A program made the translations under genes and the position numbers. The notes beneath the pieces were generated by a model that searched no databases, was not told the origin of the DNA, and saw nothing but the letters and a program-made list of their open reading frames with translations. From positions 242,982-306,981 of the forward strand of contig CBDBIU010000003.1 of assembly GCA_965206025.1 (NCBI GenBank): 64,000 nt of DNA, in the 5' to 3' direction. Each line of letters begins with the position of its first letter. Position 1 is the first letter of the stretch. Shown here piece by piece: positions 1 through 9,078 of this stretch. Origin of the DNA: Bryobacterales bacterium (GTDB lineage: Bacteria > Acidobacteriota > Terriglobia > Bryobacterales > UBA6623).

Positions 1-338
1 TCAGCAGAAGTGCGTTCAAAGCTCGCGCACAGCTCGTACGTCGCCGCGTCCAGCACACGGAGCTCGTAGTCTTGCGCAGTGCCGGGATCACGAGCGCTGA
101 CCCTCACGCCTGACTCGCGCGAGAGGTCCTCCATCGAAGCGGGGAGGCGGCCGTGACGCGTCCAGTACAGATCCATCGCGCGTGTGATGCCGCGCAGGTC
201 TTCCACCCGTCGCTCGTCCAGCCGTCGGGTACGCTCCTCGCTCGGCGGAGGGAGCACGATGAGGCCGCCCACCACAGCGACGACAACCGCCCCGATGGCA
301 AGACCGATGAAGACAGTCGTGCCGGCGGGCACCTTCAT
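1..338 (-). CDS. Hypothetical membrane-anchored protein, partner of the DUF5671 gene (partial, runs off window start)
   Basis: Manual translation from ATG at 338: MKVPAGTTVFIGLAIGAVVVAVVGGLIVLPPPSEERTRRLDERRVEDL...YELCASF, open to the window edge; starts 2 nt after the upstream stop. Confidence 0.75.
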   Translation of the reverse strand, partial: MKVPAGTTVFIGLAIGAVVVAVVGGLIVLPPPSEERTRRLDERRVEDLRGITRAMDLYWTRHGRLPASMEDLSRESGVRVSARDPGTAQDYELRVLDAATYELCASFERTSA

Positions 339-340
339 GC

Positions 341-982
341 CTAGCCCTCTTCTTCTTCAAACCGGAGGTCCCGCAAGTAGTACCCGAAGACCGCGCCCGC
401 GATGACGGCGATCGTGGACACTTTGAGCACGAAGCGGACAGTCAGCTCGCCGCCGAGCAGGCTGTACACGAGACTGGTGACGTCGCCGATCAGCACGCCG
501 GCCGCAACGAACAGGGTGAGATAGGTCAACCACCGGCGGGCTTTCGACGCGCGCTTGCTCGGGTCCAGCCGGGTTTCCCGACCGGTCAACCGGGCGACAT
601 ACAGGAAGACGGGAAACGCCACGACGAGGAAGGAGATGGACCACCGGATGGCCTGCCGGATCGCTTCCACGGCCGCCGCCGGTGCCGCGGGATCGGGAAA
701 GGCCAAGTTGATGAGCTGAAACAAGAGCCCACCCAGATTGAACGCGCTGACGTACAGGGTGCTGAAGAGCACCAGATACAAGAACGCCTCGCGGGCGGAC
801 AGATACGGTTTCGGTATTGGCACGGGAATCGCGAACTCGATCTCGGCAAACCGCCGGAGCGCGCTACGTACGTGGTCTGGTGGCCAGCCGGCCTCCCGGA
901 GGACACGCTCGATCTCCGCACGCGAAAGACCGCGTGCCAGGCCGTCCTTCACGAAACCTTGTAGCTCTTCAGCGATTGCCAT
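341..982 (-). CDS. DUF5671-like integral membrane protein
   Basis: 213 aa; N-terminal helical domain (L...GW) followed by four hydrophobic helices; GAGG RBS. Confidence 0.75.
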   Translation of the reverse strand: MAIAEELQGFVKDGLARGLSRAEIERVLREAGWPPDHVRSALRRFAEIEFAIPVPIPKPYLSAREAFLYLVLFSTLYVSAFNLGGLLFQLINLAFPDPAAPAAAVEAIRQAIRWSISFLVVAFPVFLYVARLTGRETRLDPSKRASKARRWLTYLTLFVAAGVLIGDVTSLVYSLLGGELTVRFVLKVSTIAVIAGAVFGYYLRDLRFEEEEG

Positions 983-1385
983 CCTCGTCCCTCGTCATTC
1001 CGACGTTGTGACGGCTTGGAGCCGCCGATCCCACGGATGAGCCTTCCAGCGTCTATGATTGACAACTCCGGTGATCGGGTTCTTCATGGTCCGTTCTCAG
1101 AGCGTCTTGATCGCTAACTCTTGTTTAGGCTGACCTGGATAAAACGCGTCCTGGTCGGCCTAAGACGAAGTCGCCGACGCCTCGTGCTTCCAACAGGATT
1201 GCGTTAATTATGCCAGATAGATCCTCCCTGACGGGGAAGGCTTGATCCAGGCCGCTGGCTCTACCGATGCCGACAAGGCAGGAGCTATCGGTGATGGGAT
1301 CTCACATCCAGGGTGGCCCGCAGTTCACACGCCTTGGAACTCGACGAGCAGCGTTTTGTTCGAATCCCCCCGTCGGTAGACCGCC

Positions 1386-1859
1386 CTAGCGGGTGTTGCG
1401 CTCTAGGCTCTTGGGAGGAATCGGCGGCTGCAGAGCATCGAACGCTTCAAACAACCTGCTGATCACCCACATAGTCGGGCCGTCTTCCTGGGCCGAAGGC
1501 CTTCTGATGAGTTCTCCCACCTCGCTGACGATCTTGTTTCTTGTCCCGAGGAAGCGGGTGAGCGCGCGGAAGTAGGCCTCCTCGGCCAGGTATTTCCGCG
1601 AATAGCGGCCATGCCTCCAATTGGCCTTCCGGGAGCGCTCCTGGCCTTCGGGAGTCCTGGGGCCGGTGCTGGGGCCGCCGTGCATACGGCAGCGCCCGTT
1701 GGCCATAGCTGGGCCTTGGCAGGGTGTGCCGCGACGGGTCTTGGCGCCGCAGCGGGGCGCTTTGGAGGGGTCGCCCCGAGGGTTGCCGTTACGGAGAGGG
1801 CCGGAGCGCGTTTCGGCTGGGTGCGTGTCGTCCTCCGGCGGTGCTTCGTGGTGGCTCAT
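1386..1859 (-). CDS. HGGxSTG domain protein (mobile element/phage-associated)
   Basis: RCGAKTRRGTPCQGPAMANGRCRMHGGPSTGPRT...HGRYS motif. Confidence 0.85.
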   Translation of the reverse strand: MSHHEAPPEDDTHPAETRSGPLRNGNPRGDPSKAPRCGAKTRRGTPCQGPAMANGRCRMHGGPSTGPRTPEGQERSRKANWRHGRYSRKYLAEEAYFRALTRFLGTRNKIVSEVGELIRRPSAQEDGPTMWVISRLFEAFDALQPPIPPKSLERNTR

Positions 1860-1958
1860 GTTCTCAGCTTACATCGGCCGAGTCGCAGACATGCCACTAG
1901 GGGCCTGGAGGGTTGGTCTCAACGGCACGGCTCCCTGGTCGTGAGTCGGTGGATCGGT

Positions 1959-2834
1959 CTACGGACTCCTTTCTAGCAGTGGCTGGGTCACGAAGCCGCC
2001 CGTGTCGTGCGCCCAAATTCCGACTCCGGAAAAGAAGAGCGAACCAATAATTTCGACGCTACCCTCCTGCCCTGCCGCACAAGGCAGCACGTCCCGCAGG
2101 AGGAAAGCGGTGTGCCCAAACGGCACGATCGGAAAGGATGTTCGGCACAGCTCTTGACCAAATGACTCCCGGTAAATGAGAGTGAAGTTCTGCACCGCAT
2201 TGGGGTCAGAGTTGACTAGCGCGACCGACGTGGTGAATCCGGCGGCATCGGCGGCATTAAGCCACGCTCGCTGTTGAAGAACAGTTGAGGGTGGAATCCC
2301 AGCCATAAATAACGGCCTCGGGGGCACGATCTGCATAAAGGTCGCCGTTACAGCGGCTGACACATCGGGTGTGGTGAGAACAGCGGCCCAGCCGATTCGA
2401 GGCGGCCCTGCCGGAACAAGGGCTTGCTGGAGCGACTGACCGGGTTCGAGGGTGCCGGTGATCACCGCTGTGAATAAGGGAGGACACTCAACACAAGTCG
2501 AACCGTCCGGATTACGAGCTACAACCGGCATCTCGATCGGGTTGCCTTGACCGTCCATGAAAAGGATGGTGACTTCAGCCGGGACACCTGCAATGTTCAC
2601 TGCATTGAAGAACGTAAGGAACCCTCCGAGTTCGAGGCTGCCGGATGAAGCGACCTGTGGAATGAAAAAATCAGCACCAGTGAGCAGGATGTCCTTCCGC
2701 ACCGGCGCCTTCGCATTGTCCGGTTGAGCATTGAAGAGTCGCTTGCCGGCCAGGAACTGTTTTAATTGATCCGTTTGTCCAAAAACGGGGGCGGTGAGGA
2801 TGGCTGCCAACAGGCAGGTTCTGTACAAAAACAT
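1959..2834 (-). CDS. Secreted hypothetical protein
   Basis: Long ORF; signal-peptide-like MFLYRTCLLAAILTAPVFGQ from ATG 2834; beta-rich body. Confidence 0.65.
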   Translation of the reverse strand: MFLYRTCLLAAILTAPVFGQTDQLKQFLAGKRLFNAQPDNAKAPVRKDILLTGADFFIPQVASSGSLELGGFLTFFNAVNIAGVPAEVTILFMDGQGNPIEMPVVARNPDGSTCVECPPLFTAVITGTLEPGQSLQQALVPAGPPRIGWAAVLTTPDVSAAVTATFMQIVPPRPLFMAGIPPSTVLQQRAWLNAADAAGFTTSVALVNSDPNAVQNFTLIYRESFGQELCRTSFPIVPFGHTAFLLRDVLPCAAGQEGSVEIIGSLFFSGVGIWAHDTGGFVTQPLLERSP

Positions 2835-3003
2835 GGCGATTCTCCCTAGTGCTTTTACCGAGCGGCTACTGAGCCAGGAATTCCGTTTTTGGGCCTCTTC
2901 GCACCTCACGAATTCTTGACCACAGAAGCCACCTCATGAACCATTATAGTAGTCAACACACTAGAGTGTAGACCTATCAACTGCATATCCCGAGACTGGA
3001 GGC

Positions 3004-3309
3004 ATGCAGGAGGAACTGCTCGCCGAGCTCGGGCGTCGTATTCGAAAACTGCGGAGTCAGCGAGGTTGGTCACAAGAGGAATTGGCCGACATCAGCGGTT
3101 TGCACCGCAACTACATCGGCTCAGCAGAGAGGGGTGAGCGAAATTTGACTATCAGCAGCCTCCACTCCCTAGCGGGGGCGTTCGGTCTGACGCTCTCCGG
3201 GCTTCTCAAGAACTTGGAGCGCGGACTGAAGGTAGACCGGCAGAAAGCGTTGGGAAAGATCGACAAGCGGCGGTCAAGGATCGTTCGGGCTTACGAATCC
3301 AAGCGTTGA
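3004..3309 (+). CDS. XRE-family HTH transcriptional regulator (controller-protein-like)
   Basis: LGRRIRKLR...SQEELA...LHRNYIGSAERGERNLT; GGAGG RBS. Confidence 0.9.
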   Translation: MQEELLAELGRRIRKLRSQRGWSQEELADISGLHRNYIGSAERGERNLTISSLHSLAGAFGLTLSGLLKNLERGLKVDRQKALGKIDKRRSRIVRAYESKR

Positions 3310-4051
3310 AGATCATCTGATGAAGGTGACTGTACGTGGAGGTGCGGACGATGGCGGGTGAGCCTGGTTGATTGGGGCGAATATTTGGCGTAGGGGCCGG
3401 GCAAAATCGGGGCCCAATGCATGTGTGGGACTAGGACTTCCACATCCATATTGCCGAGCACTGTGCTTAGACGGTCTTCAAGGGAACGCCTGGAGAGCGA
3501 GCGGTGGGCATCGAGACGTTTGCTGATCTCCTGGACCTGCCCCGTTTCGAGTATGGCCGACCCTAGAAGGATGAGAGACTCCCATGTGTGAGTGTGAGCT
3601 TGGTCATCCACCAGGCTGAGAGAACCGGCTTCCAGAACATACCCGAGCCATCGACCGGCCGCTCTGTCATTTCCCAACAACAATGCGAGTCTCGCGCACC
3701 GAGCGGTGGATCCTCCGATCCCCCTGTCCTCCAAAACCCACTCTCCCGTACGTCGCCCGAAAGGATATGTTCGATAACCCGCTTGGCTAGTTGGAGCAGT
3801 TCGTGGCCAACCCCAGCGTTTCGTGCATGAACCGCTGCCTCCAAGGCCTCTTTTCCACTTTTAAGGTTCCATATTTACCGTGCGGCGACCCTTTTTTCGG
3901 AGCGACGCCAAGCTTGGTCGATCCTCGTGAGAACGGCGGAGCGAAACTAGACCATAGAGCGGCGAATCGAAGCTGCTTTTGGGCGGAGTAAAAGTAGACC
4001 GTCCGAGTGGTCCAGCGAACATTCCTGTGGTGTTTGTGGGACACGAGAGGG

Positions 4052-5551
4052 ATGTATCGCGTGGAGCTATACGCTCAAGTACGGCGCAGTGTCTTTGTCG
4101 AAGGGCTCAGTGAGCGCGAGGCCGCCAAACGGTTTGGCCTGGCGCGAGGGACGGTGCGCAAGATGTTGCGCTACGCCACTCCGCCGGGCTATCGGCGGCG
4201 CCAACCAGCGCAGAGGCCGAAGCTGGATCCCTTCACCGGAATCGTCGATCAGATCCTCATCGACGATCAGGAACGTCCGAAGAAACAACGCCACACCGCA
4301 AAACGCATCTTCGACCGCTTGCGCGACGAGTACGATTTCACCGGCGGTTACACGATCGTCAAGGACTATGTTCGCGACAAGAAGCTCGGCGGGCAAGAGA
4401 TGTTCGTGCCGCTGGTGCATCCGCCGGGCGATGCCCAGGCCGACTTCGGTGAAGCTCTGGTGGTCATTGACGGCGTACAGCGCAAGGCGCACTACTTGGT
4501 GGTCGATCTGCCGCATAGCGATGACGCTTTCGTAAAAGCTTTCCCGGCCGAGACGACGGAAGCGTTTTGCGAGGGGCACAACGCAGCGTTTCGGTACTTC
4601 GGCGGCGTGCCACGCAGCATCCTCTACGACAACACGACCTTGGCGGTGGCGAGGATTCTGGGCGACGGCAGGCGCAAGCGGACCAGGGTGTTCAGTGAAC
4701 TGCAGTCGCACTATTTATTCTCCGATCGTTTCGGGCGTCCGGGCAAAGGCAACGACAAGGGAAAGGTGGAAGGACTGGTCGGTTATGCCCGGCGGAACTT
4801 CATGGTGCCGGCGCCAAGGTTTCCAAGCTGGGAAGCGTTCAACGAGCAGCTCGAAGCGCAGTGCCTCAACAATCGTAAGCGGCGCTTGCGGCGGCACACC
4901 GAAACGATTGAGGAACGTTTCAAGCGTGACCGCCAAGCGTTGTTGCCCTTGCCGCCCACGCCCTATGACGCCTGCGACAAACGCACCACGCGGGTGACGT
5001 CGCTGTCATTGGTGCGCTATCGCGCCAACGACTACTCGGTGCCCACACGCTACGGACATCGCCAGGTGTTGCTGAAAGGCTACGTCGATGAAATCGTGAT
5101 CTGTTGTGGCAGCGAAGAGATCGCGCGCCACCGGCGCAGTTACGAACGCGAAGAGTTGATCTTCGATCCGCTGCATTACCTAGCACTGCTGGAACGCAAG
5201 ACCAACGCGCTCGATCAAGCGGCCCCGTTGGCGGGCTGGGAGCTGCCCGAACAGTTCACGTGCTTGAGACGTTTGCTCGAGGCACGGTTGGGAATGCCAG
5301 GCAAGCGCGAGTACGTGCAGGTATTGCGATTACTGGAGGACTTCCGATTCGAGCACGTTGCCGCGGCGGTGCGCCAAGCCTGCGAGTTGGGAGCGATTGG
5401 CTTGGATGCAGTCAGGCACTTAGTGCTGTGCCGCATCGAGCAACGGCCGCCGCGCTTGGACTTGACGAAGTATCCGCACCTGCCGGCAGCCCAGGTGGAG
5501 CAAACCTCCGCTGCGGACTATTTGGCACTGCTGGCACAAGGAGGGGGGTAA
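4052..5551 (+). CDS. istA: IS21 transposase IstA
   Basis: N-terminal HTH; QADFG, YDN and KGKVE catalytic motifs. Confidence 0.95.
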   Translation: MYRVELYAQVRRSVFVEGLSEREAAKRFGLARGTVRKMLRYATPPGYRRRQPAQRPKLDPFTGIVDQILIDDQERPKKQRHTAKRIFDRLRDEYDFTGGYTIVKDYVRDKKLGGQEMFVPLVHPPGDAQADFGEALVVIDGVQRKAHYLVVDLPHSDDAFVKAFPAETTEAFCEGHNAAFRYFGGVPRSILYDNTTLAVARILGDGRRKRTRVFSELQSHYLFSDRFGRPGKGNDKGKVEGLVGYARRNFMVPAPRFPSWEAFNEQLEAQCLNNRKRRLRRHTETIEERFKRDRQALLPLPPTPYDACDKRTTRVTSLSLVRYRANDYSVPTRYGHRQVLLKGYVDEIVICCGSEEIARHRRSYEREELIFDPLHYLALLERKTNALDQAAPLAGWELPEQFTCLRRLLEARLGMPGKREYVQVLRLLEDFRFEHVAAAVRQACELGAIGLDAVRHLVLCRIEQRPPRLDLTKYPHLPAAQVEQTSAADYLALLAQGGG

Positions 5552-6312
5552 TGGCGAGGTCGAAACTTCTGCTCGAAGCGCATTTGAAAGCGTTGCGGCT
5601 GCCAACCTTCCTGCGCGAGTACGACAAACTGGCGCGGCAATGCGCCGCCGAGAGCTTGGATTCGAGGAGCTTCCTGCAACAACTCTGCGAGCTGGAACTG
5701 CTCGACCGTGAACAGCGGGCCACCGAGCGCCGCATCAAGGCCGCGAAGTTTCCCGTGACCAAGAGTCTGGACACTTTCGACTTCCCGTCCTTGCCAGCGT
5801 TGAACAAGAAGCTGGTGCTGGAACTGGCGCGCTGTGAGTTTATCGACCGCCGCGAAAACGTGCTGGCACTGGGTAATTCCGGCACGGGCAAAACGCACAT
5901 CGGCTTGGCGTTGGGACTGGCGGCTTGTCAGCGCGGCTATCGAACACGCTTCACAACAGCGGCGGCACTGGTCAATGAGCTGTTCGAAGCCCGAGATGAA
6001 CGGCGCTTGCTGCGATGTCAAAAGCAGTTGGCCAAGCAGGATCTGCTGATCGTCGATGAACTGGGCTACGTGCCGCTATCGAAGACCGGAGCGGAGTTAT
6101 TGTTCGAAGTGTTTTCCCAGCGCTACGAACAGGGCTCGACGCTGGTCACCTCGAATCTGCCGTTTAACGAATGGACGGAGGTCTTCGGCTCCGAGCGGCT
6201 GACCGGCGCCCTGCTCGATCGCCTCACGCACCACGTTCATATTCTAGAGATGAACGGCGAAAGCTTCCGTCTGATCCAGAGCAAGAAGAAGCGGGCTCAC
6301 TCTTTGGGCTGA
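5551..6312 (+). CDS. istB: IS21 helper ATPase IstB
   Basis: TAATG overlap with istA; Walker A GNSGTGKT; LLIVDELGY; LLDRLTHH. Confidence 0.95.
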   Translation: MARSKLLLEAHLKALRLPTFLREYDKLARQCAAESLDSRSFLQQLCELELLDREQRATERRIKAAKFPVTKSLDTFDFPSLPALNKKLVLELARCEFIDRRENVLALGNSGTGKTHIGLALGLAACQRGYRTRFTTAAALVNELFEARDERRLLRCQKQLAKQDLLIVDELGYVPLSKTGAELLFEVFSQRYEQGSTLVTSNLPFNEWTEVFGSERLTGALLDRLTHHVHILEMNGESFRLIQSKKKRAHSLG

Positions 6313-6352
6313 CCCACCGGCCACTCGCCCGGTTTTCGTGGGACGGCCTCCA

Positions 6353-8548
6353 CTACGCCTGGGCCGCCCTAAAGGGCGACCGCAGGCTCCGTTCCAGCCG
6401 TCCCACGAAAACCGCTACCCCTTCACCAACTGGTCTACTTTTGCTCCGCCGAAGTGGTCCAAATTTACTCCGCCCTTGACAATCCTCTGACCCCGAGATG
6501 ACGAAGACTTCTACCCGGTTCGAGCCTGCCTTGAAGACGGTCTCGGGAACCATGGCCGTAAACGACTGCGGACTCTCGGGCCCCTTGTAGGTTCGAGTAA
6601 CGGCCTCGATCCTGCCATTCACCGTCACTGCCAGAGATAGGCACTCTGCGGCGCCTCGACCGGCGTTGATCCGGCCGACTATATAGGCCGGAATGAAAGG
6701 CCCGTCAAGATCTACTTCCTCAAACCTCCACTCCTCCTTCAGTTCCAACTCCAGCGCCAGCGTACCGGCAAAGGGTACCTGGTCGATCTTTTGACCTACC
6801 AAAGAACGGAATCGTCCAATACGGTAGATGCTGTGGGGATCTTCGCCCGACCCGAACAAGGAGATCTTCCGCTCGACCGTGGCGGCCATCCCCTCAAGGT
6901 CAGCATCAGATACGAGACGCTCCATACGATCGTTTTCCTGCGTAAAAAAGAGCTTTTGAGATCGTTCTGAGCGGGAAGATTCGAGAACTGAACGGCCGTC
7001 GACCACCCAAGGCAGCTCGGCCCCAAGGACATCAGCGATGGTTGGAAAGACATCAATGATTTCAACGTTTCGGTCACTCACAACGGCCGTCCGCTGGTGA
7101 GGGACCTTCACAAAGAGCGGCACGGCCAATATATCCGCCCAACTCTTCTTTTTCTCTTCCGGGACGCGGTATGGTCCATCGGGCCAAAAACTCGATCCGT
7201 GATCAGCAACGACGATGACCAGAGAGCGATCATAGAGACCCACCTCGTGGAGTTTTCTCAGGAGCGTTCCAAGCAGCCGGTCTGCATACCCCACCTGAAG
7301 GATATGCCGCTGAAAGGCTTGAACCGTTTCCCATTCGTCACTTCCCCAGTTGTACCTCCTCAGCCCGTGCGGAGCTAGAGGCCGGTCGCTAAGACTATAC
7401 TTCTTCCCGGAGGGTAGATACGTATAGGGGATGTGGGGAACGAGGGTGTGAAGAAAATACAAAACCGGCCCGTCGGCAGGCTGAATCCAGTCAACAAACT
7501 GGGATACAACCCAGCCGTAGTCTCTCCTCTGACGTCGTAGTTCCCCTGGCGAGGCGCCCTTCTTCCTCGGCTCCGTCGCGCCAAAGTCTCGCAAGGTAGC
7601 CGTAACCGAGGGGAGATTCTGCGATAGGTCAACCGGAAGCACCACGTGCAGATAAACCAACCACAGGTCGGAAAGTGTTGTTCGGATGCGCTCCCCGAAG
7701 CGCTCTCTCAATATCGGCGCGCGGCATAGTTCCTCAGGGCAGATACGCGACACACTCTCGAAAGCGTTTAACTCGTAGTTCCCGCTTAGCCACGTAAACA
7801 GGTTCTCCGGGTAGTTCGCCGCAATCGGAGGGACGGGCTCCCTGGTATACCTGCCGGTCAGGAGAGCGGGGAGCACACGTCCGGTGAGCTCTGAGACCGT
7901 ACTGGCATTTCGGAACCAGTGGGAATCCCGCGCCAGCGCTGCAAAGTTCGGATACCGGAAAGCATTGATCCGCCGATGTTCATCCATCAGGGAGGAAGTC
8001 GGAAGCTCGTCAAACACGAGAAGAACGACGGGGATATCATATGAGCCTTCCCGGACAGCGGGCGGCTCCCGTTGGACAAAAAGGAGGTCCGACACCGGGG
8101 GCCGCAACAGGAACAACGCCGGGAACACCACGATACTCGGCCACAGAAAAGCGAGAAAGCTCTCCACGAGGCGCACTCGGCAAGAAGCCCAACCTATCGG
8201 TAGGCCGATAAGCAGCGCGGCAACGACGAGAGCAAGCCCTGGGCCGGCGAACAGCGTCTTGAAGGCTTGCAGAGCGACGGCGCCGATCAGCAGCCCGGCG
8301 GCCAGCTGATGAACGTAGTCCGCTGCTCGCCGATGAAGAAAGCCGGTCAAAGTCTCAACCAGAACCGGCAACCCGGGAAAAACGACGCAAACGATAGCTG
8401 CAAGAAGCAACAGATCCAGCGGACGAAGGTCGTGAGCGACGAGGAAATCCGCGTTTCTGGATAGCAGGTCGAACAGCGGCTGGGCTACAGCGAAACCAAA
8501 CAGCGCGAAGACGTGCAGGCTTCTTCGGAAACAGTGGTCCATCTTCAT
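6353..8548 (-). CDS. Membrane-anchored sulfatase-like/alkaline phosphatase superfamily protein; C-terminus replaced by IS21 sequence
   Basis: N-terminal TM helices; VLLVFDEL, HTLVPHIPY and VVADHG motifs. Confidence 0.85.
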   Translation of the reverse strand: MKMDHCFRRSLHVFALFGFAVAQPLFDLLSRNADFLVAHDLRPLDLLLLAAIVCVVFPGLPVLVETLTGFLHRRAADYVHQLAAGLLIGAVALQAFKTLFAGPGLALVVAALLIGLPIGWASCRVRLVESFLAFLWPSIVVFPALFLLRPPVSDLLFVQREPPAVREGSYDIPVVLLVFDELPTSSLMDEHRRINAFRYPNFAALARDSHWFRNASTVSELTGRVLPALLTGRYTREPVPPIAANYPENLFTWLSGNYELNAFESVSRICPEELCRAPILRERFGERIRTTLSDLWLVYLHVVLPVDLSQNLPSVTATLRDFGATEPRKKGASPGELRRQRRDYGWVVSQFVDWIQPADGPVLYFLHTLVPHIPYTYLPSGKKYSLSDRPLAPHGLRRYNWGSDEWETVQAFQRHILQVGYADRLLGTLLRKLHEVGLYDRSLVIVVADHGSSFWPDGPYRVPEEKKKSWADILAVPLFVKVPHQRTAVVSDRNVEIIDVFPTIADVLGAELPWVVDGRSVLESSRSERSQKLFFTQENDRMERLVSDADLEGMAATVERKISLFGSGEDPHSIYRIGRFRSLVGQKIDQVPFAGTLALELELKEEWRFEEVDLDGPFIPAYIVGRINAGRGAAECLSLAVTVNGRIEAVTRTYKGPESPQSFTAMVPETVFKAGSNRVEVFVISGSEDCQGRSKFGPLRRSKSRPVGEGVAVFVGRLERSLRSPFRAAQA

Positions 8549-9078
8549 GCCCCACCCTGCTCACCCAGGTCCACTCGGCAATCCGTCATCACCTAAAAAG
8601 AGCCGTGAAAGCCGGCTTTGTATCGTTGCGACGGGATTTAACGGGAACGTGACAAAGAGTCTGCCCAGTTTGGATCTCAATGCTTACCCAGCTTTAGCGC
8701 TCGCGTCAGAGGTGTATGGCAGCATGCGGATTCCTCCCTTTCTTGCGCCTAACATCTTGGTGTTCAATGGATATAGCCCAAACTCCGCAATTGATCAAGC
8801 ACCTCCACGGGCAGGATGGTTTCATGATCTCCCTCCCTTGACCCCGTCCCGTAATGTGTCTCGATAAATGCAGCCCTTTCTTTATCCTGCCACTCCAGAA
8901 ATTCTCTCAACAACGCGTGAAGTCTGTGGACCTCATCTCTCTGACTACCACTGAGATCGTGCTGCTCTACACCCGCATTTTCAATTTGATGTTTGACATC
9001 CCGACCTTCCAGCGGCCTTGAGCGTCTTTATTCATAGGGGCTAGAGCCCGATGAGGACGCCATGGAGGCCAACACCCA

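Larger units (their letters stand above)
3928..6481 (+). mobile_element. IS21-family element, copy 1 (2554 bp)
   Basis: TG...CA ends with repeated GGCGGAG-x-AAA-x-T-x-GACC motifs; istA/istB; ATCCTC on both flanks. Confidence 0.95.

Noticed and set aside
3291..3844. Overlapping minus-strand ORFs between the XRE gene and IS21
   Set aside because: No recognisable motif or clear start; may be a decayed gene but cannot be supported
5104..5550. N-terminal extension of the IstB ORF (also 36707-37153)
   Set aside because: Overlaps istA out of frame; the real start is the TAATG-coupled ATG with a GGAGG RBS
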